Shown here: positions 63,052 to 64,000 of the stretch, one piece after another
Layout of the letters: each line of letters begins with the position of its first letter
Numbering within the stretch: the first letter of the stretch is position 1
NCBI GenBank assembly: GCA_049322915.1
Contig: JBMOPW010000012.1
Coordinates: 32,001-96,000 of the forward strand
Length of the DNA: 64,000 nt
Direction of reading: 5' to 3'
DNA from: Candidatus Zhuqueibacterota bacterium
GTDB taxonomy: Bacteria > Zhuqueibacterota > Zhuqueibacteria > Thermofontimicrobiales > Thermofontimicrobiaceae
Translations under genes and position numbers: made by a program
Notes under the pieces: model-generated
Databases searched by the model: none
Seen by the model: the letters and a program-made list of their open reading frames with translations, nothing else
What the model was told of the DNA's origin: nothing

Positions 63052-63864
63052 ATGCGTCGGATTTTACGTCTCATTGGATTCATCTTTGTAAATTTTCTTT
63101 TTTTGGTATTAGCCGTGTTATTGGCCCCGGTCACTTTGTTCTTTGGAAGACGCGCCCATCGAAAATTGGCCATCAAAATTACGAAAGTCTGGGCTCAATG
63201 GATGGTTGTCATCCTGGGATTCACGGTTAAACTGCGCAATGAACATCTCATCGATGAAAACCAGCACTATTTCATCGTTGGCAATCATCTCAGCTATCTG
63301 GATATCATTCTGGTCGGATGCAAAAAACCGGGCCTTTTCGTCGCGAAAAAGGAAGTCCGCTCGTGGCCGTTATTGGGACAACTTGCATGGCTGGGCGGGA
63401 CTATTTTCGTCGATCGCAGCAAACGCGGGAAAGAGGATCGACCCTACATTGGACAAATTGCCAAATATTTACGACAGGGTCTCACCATTCTCGTTTTTCC
63501 GGAAGGGACTTCCACCGAAGGCGATACTGTGCTGCCGTTCAAAAAGACGATTTTTTCCTCACCCATTTTAGCCGAAACGCCGATTCTGCCATTGACGGTC
63601 AAATACGTTTCAGTGAATCACCAGCCGTTCGGGCCGGGCAATCGCGACCTGGTGTGCTGGTACGCGGATATGACTTTTGTCGATCATTTCTGGAATATGC
63701 TCAATTTGAAGGAATTCACTGTGGAGATTATCGCGAATCCACCGGTCGTCGAAAAACCTGTCGATGAAAATGTGCTGCCCCAGGCGAGGGAGCTTTCCGA
63801 AACAGTCTACAACGCAGTGCTGGAAACCTACAAACAGGGCAAAAATGAAGCAACATACGCCTGA
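63052..63864 (+). CDS. Lysophospholipid acyltransferase (OlsA/PlsC-like)
   Basis: NHLSYLD, FVAK.EV..WP, FVDR, FPEGT, LPFK, WYADM. Confidence 0.88.
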   Translation: MRRILRLIGFIFVNFLFLVLAVLLAPVTLFFGRRAHRKLAIKITKVWAQWMVVILGFTVKLRNEHLIDENQHYFIVGNHLSYLDIILVGCKKPGLFVAKKEVRSWPLLGQLAWLGGTIFVDRSKRGKEDRPYIGQIAKYLRQGLTILVFPEGTSTEGDTVLPFKKTIFSSPILAETPILPLTVKYVSVNHQPFGPGNRDLVCWYADMTFVDHFWNMLNLKEFTVEIIANPPVVEKPVDENVLPQARELSETVYNAVLETYKQGKNEATYA

Positions 63865-64000
63865 GAATTTTTTAAAAAACATGTCACTTTCAATGCGGGA
63901 CAACTATCCCGCATTTTTATTTTCAGTAAATTCGGAACAATTCAGGGCTCAGGTCGTCTCATGTAAAAAACGTAACGATTCCTTTCACTCGTGGCAAGCG

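Noticed and set aside
1..64000. CRISPR array, tRNA/rRNA, IS transposase, prophage
   Set aside because: No regularly spaced repeats, cloverleaf or rRNA signatures, transposase motifs or phage structural genes were seen by eye; short tRNAs could be missed without tRNAscan.

Overview
Bacterial chromosomal window of moderate GC, mostly housekeeping and metabolic genes: sugar kinases (rbsK, ROK, xylB, PfkB), alanine dehydrogenase, CoA-transferase, pgk, a class A PBP, two incomplete sugar ABC systems, DksA, a sigma54 activator, a minus-strand type IV pilus cluster (~49.6-61.6 kb) and an OlsB/OlsA-like acyltransferase pair. The most notable structure is a set of integron gene cassettes with no integrase in the window. 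(1) At 37964-40541 a complete cassette carrying an RloC-like ABC-ATPase/HEPN gene and a canonical attC sits in a GTTAT secondary site; removing it restores the reading frame of the small gene it interrupts. That insertion lies inside a dead relE/antitoxin islet that splits a sugar-ABC operon. (2) At ~14.0-18.2 kb is a decayed cassette array carrying an OLD-like ATPase-TOPRIM nuclease, a yjhP-like methyltransferase, gene fragments and broken attC sites. (3) At ~6.9-7.5 kb is a probable relic ybaN cassette next to a DUF4160/DUF2442 pair. No rRNA, tRNA, CRISPR array, transposase or integrase was recognised. All family assignments come from reading motifs by eye, not from database searches.
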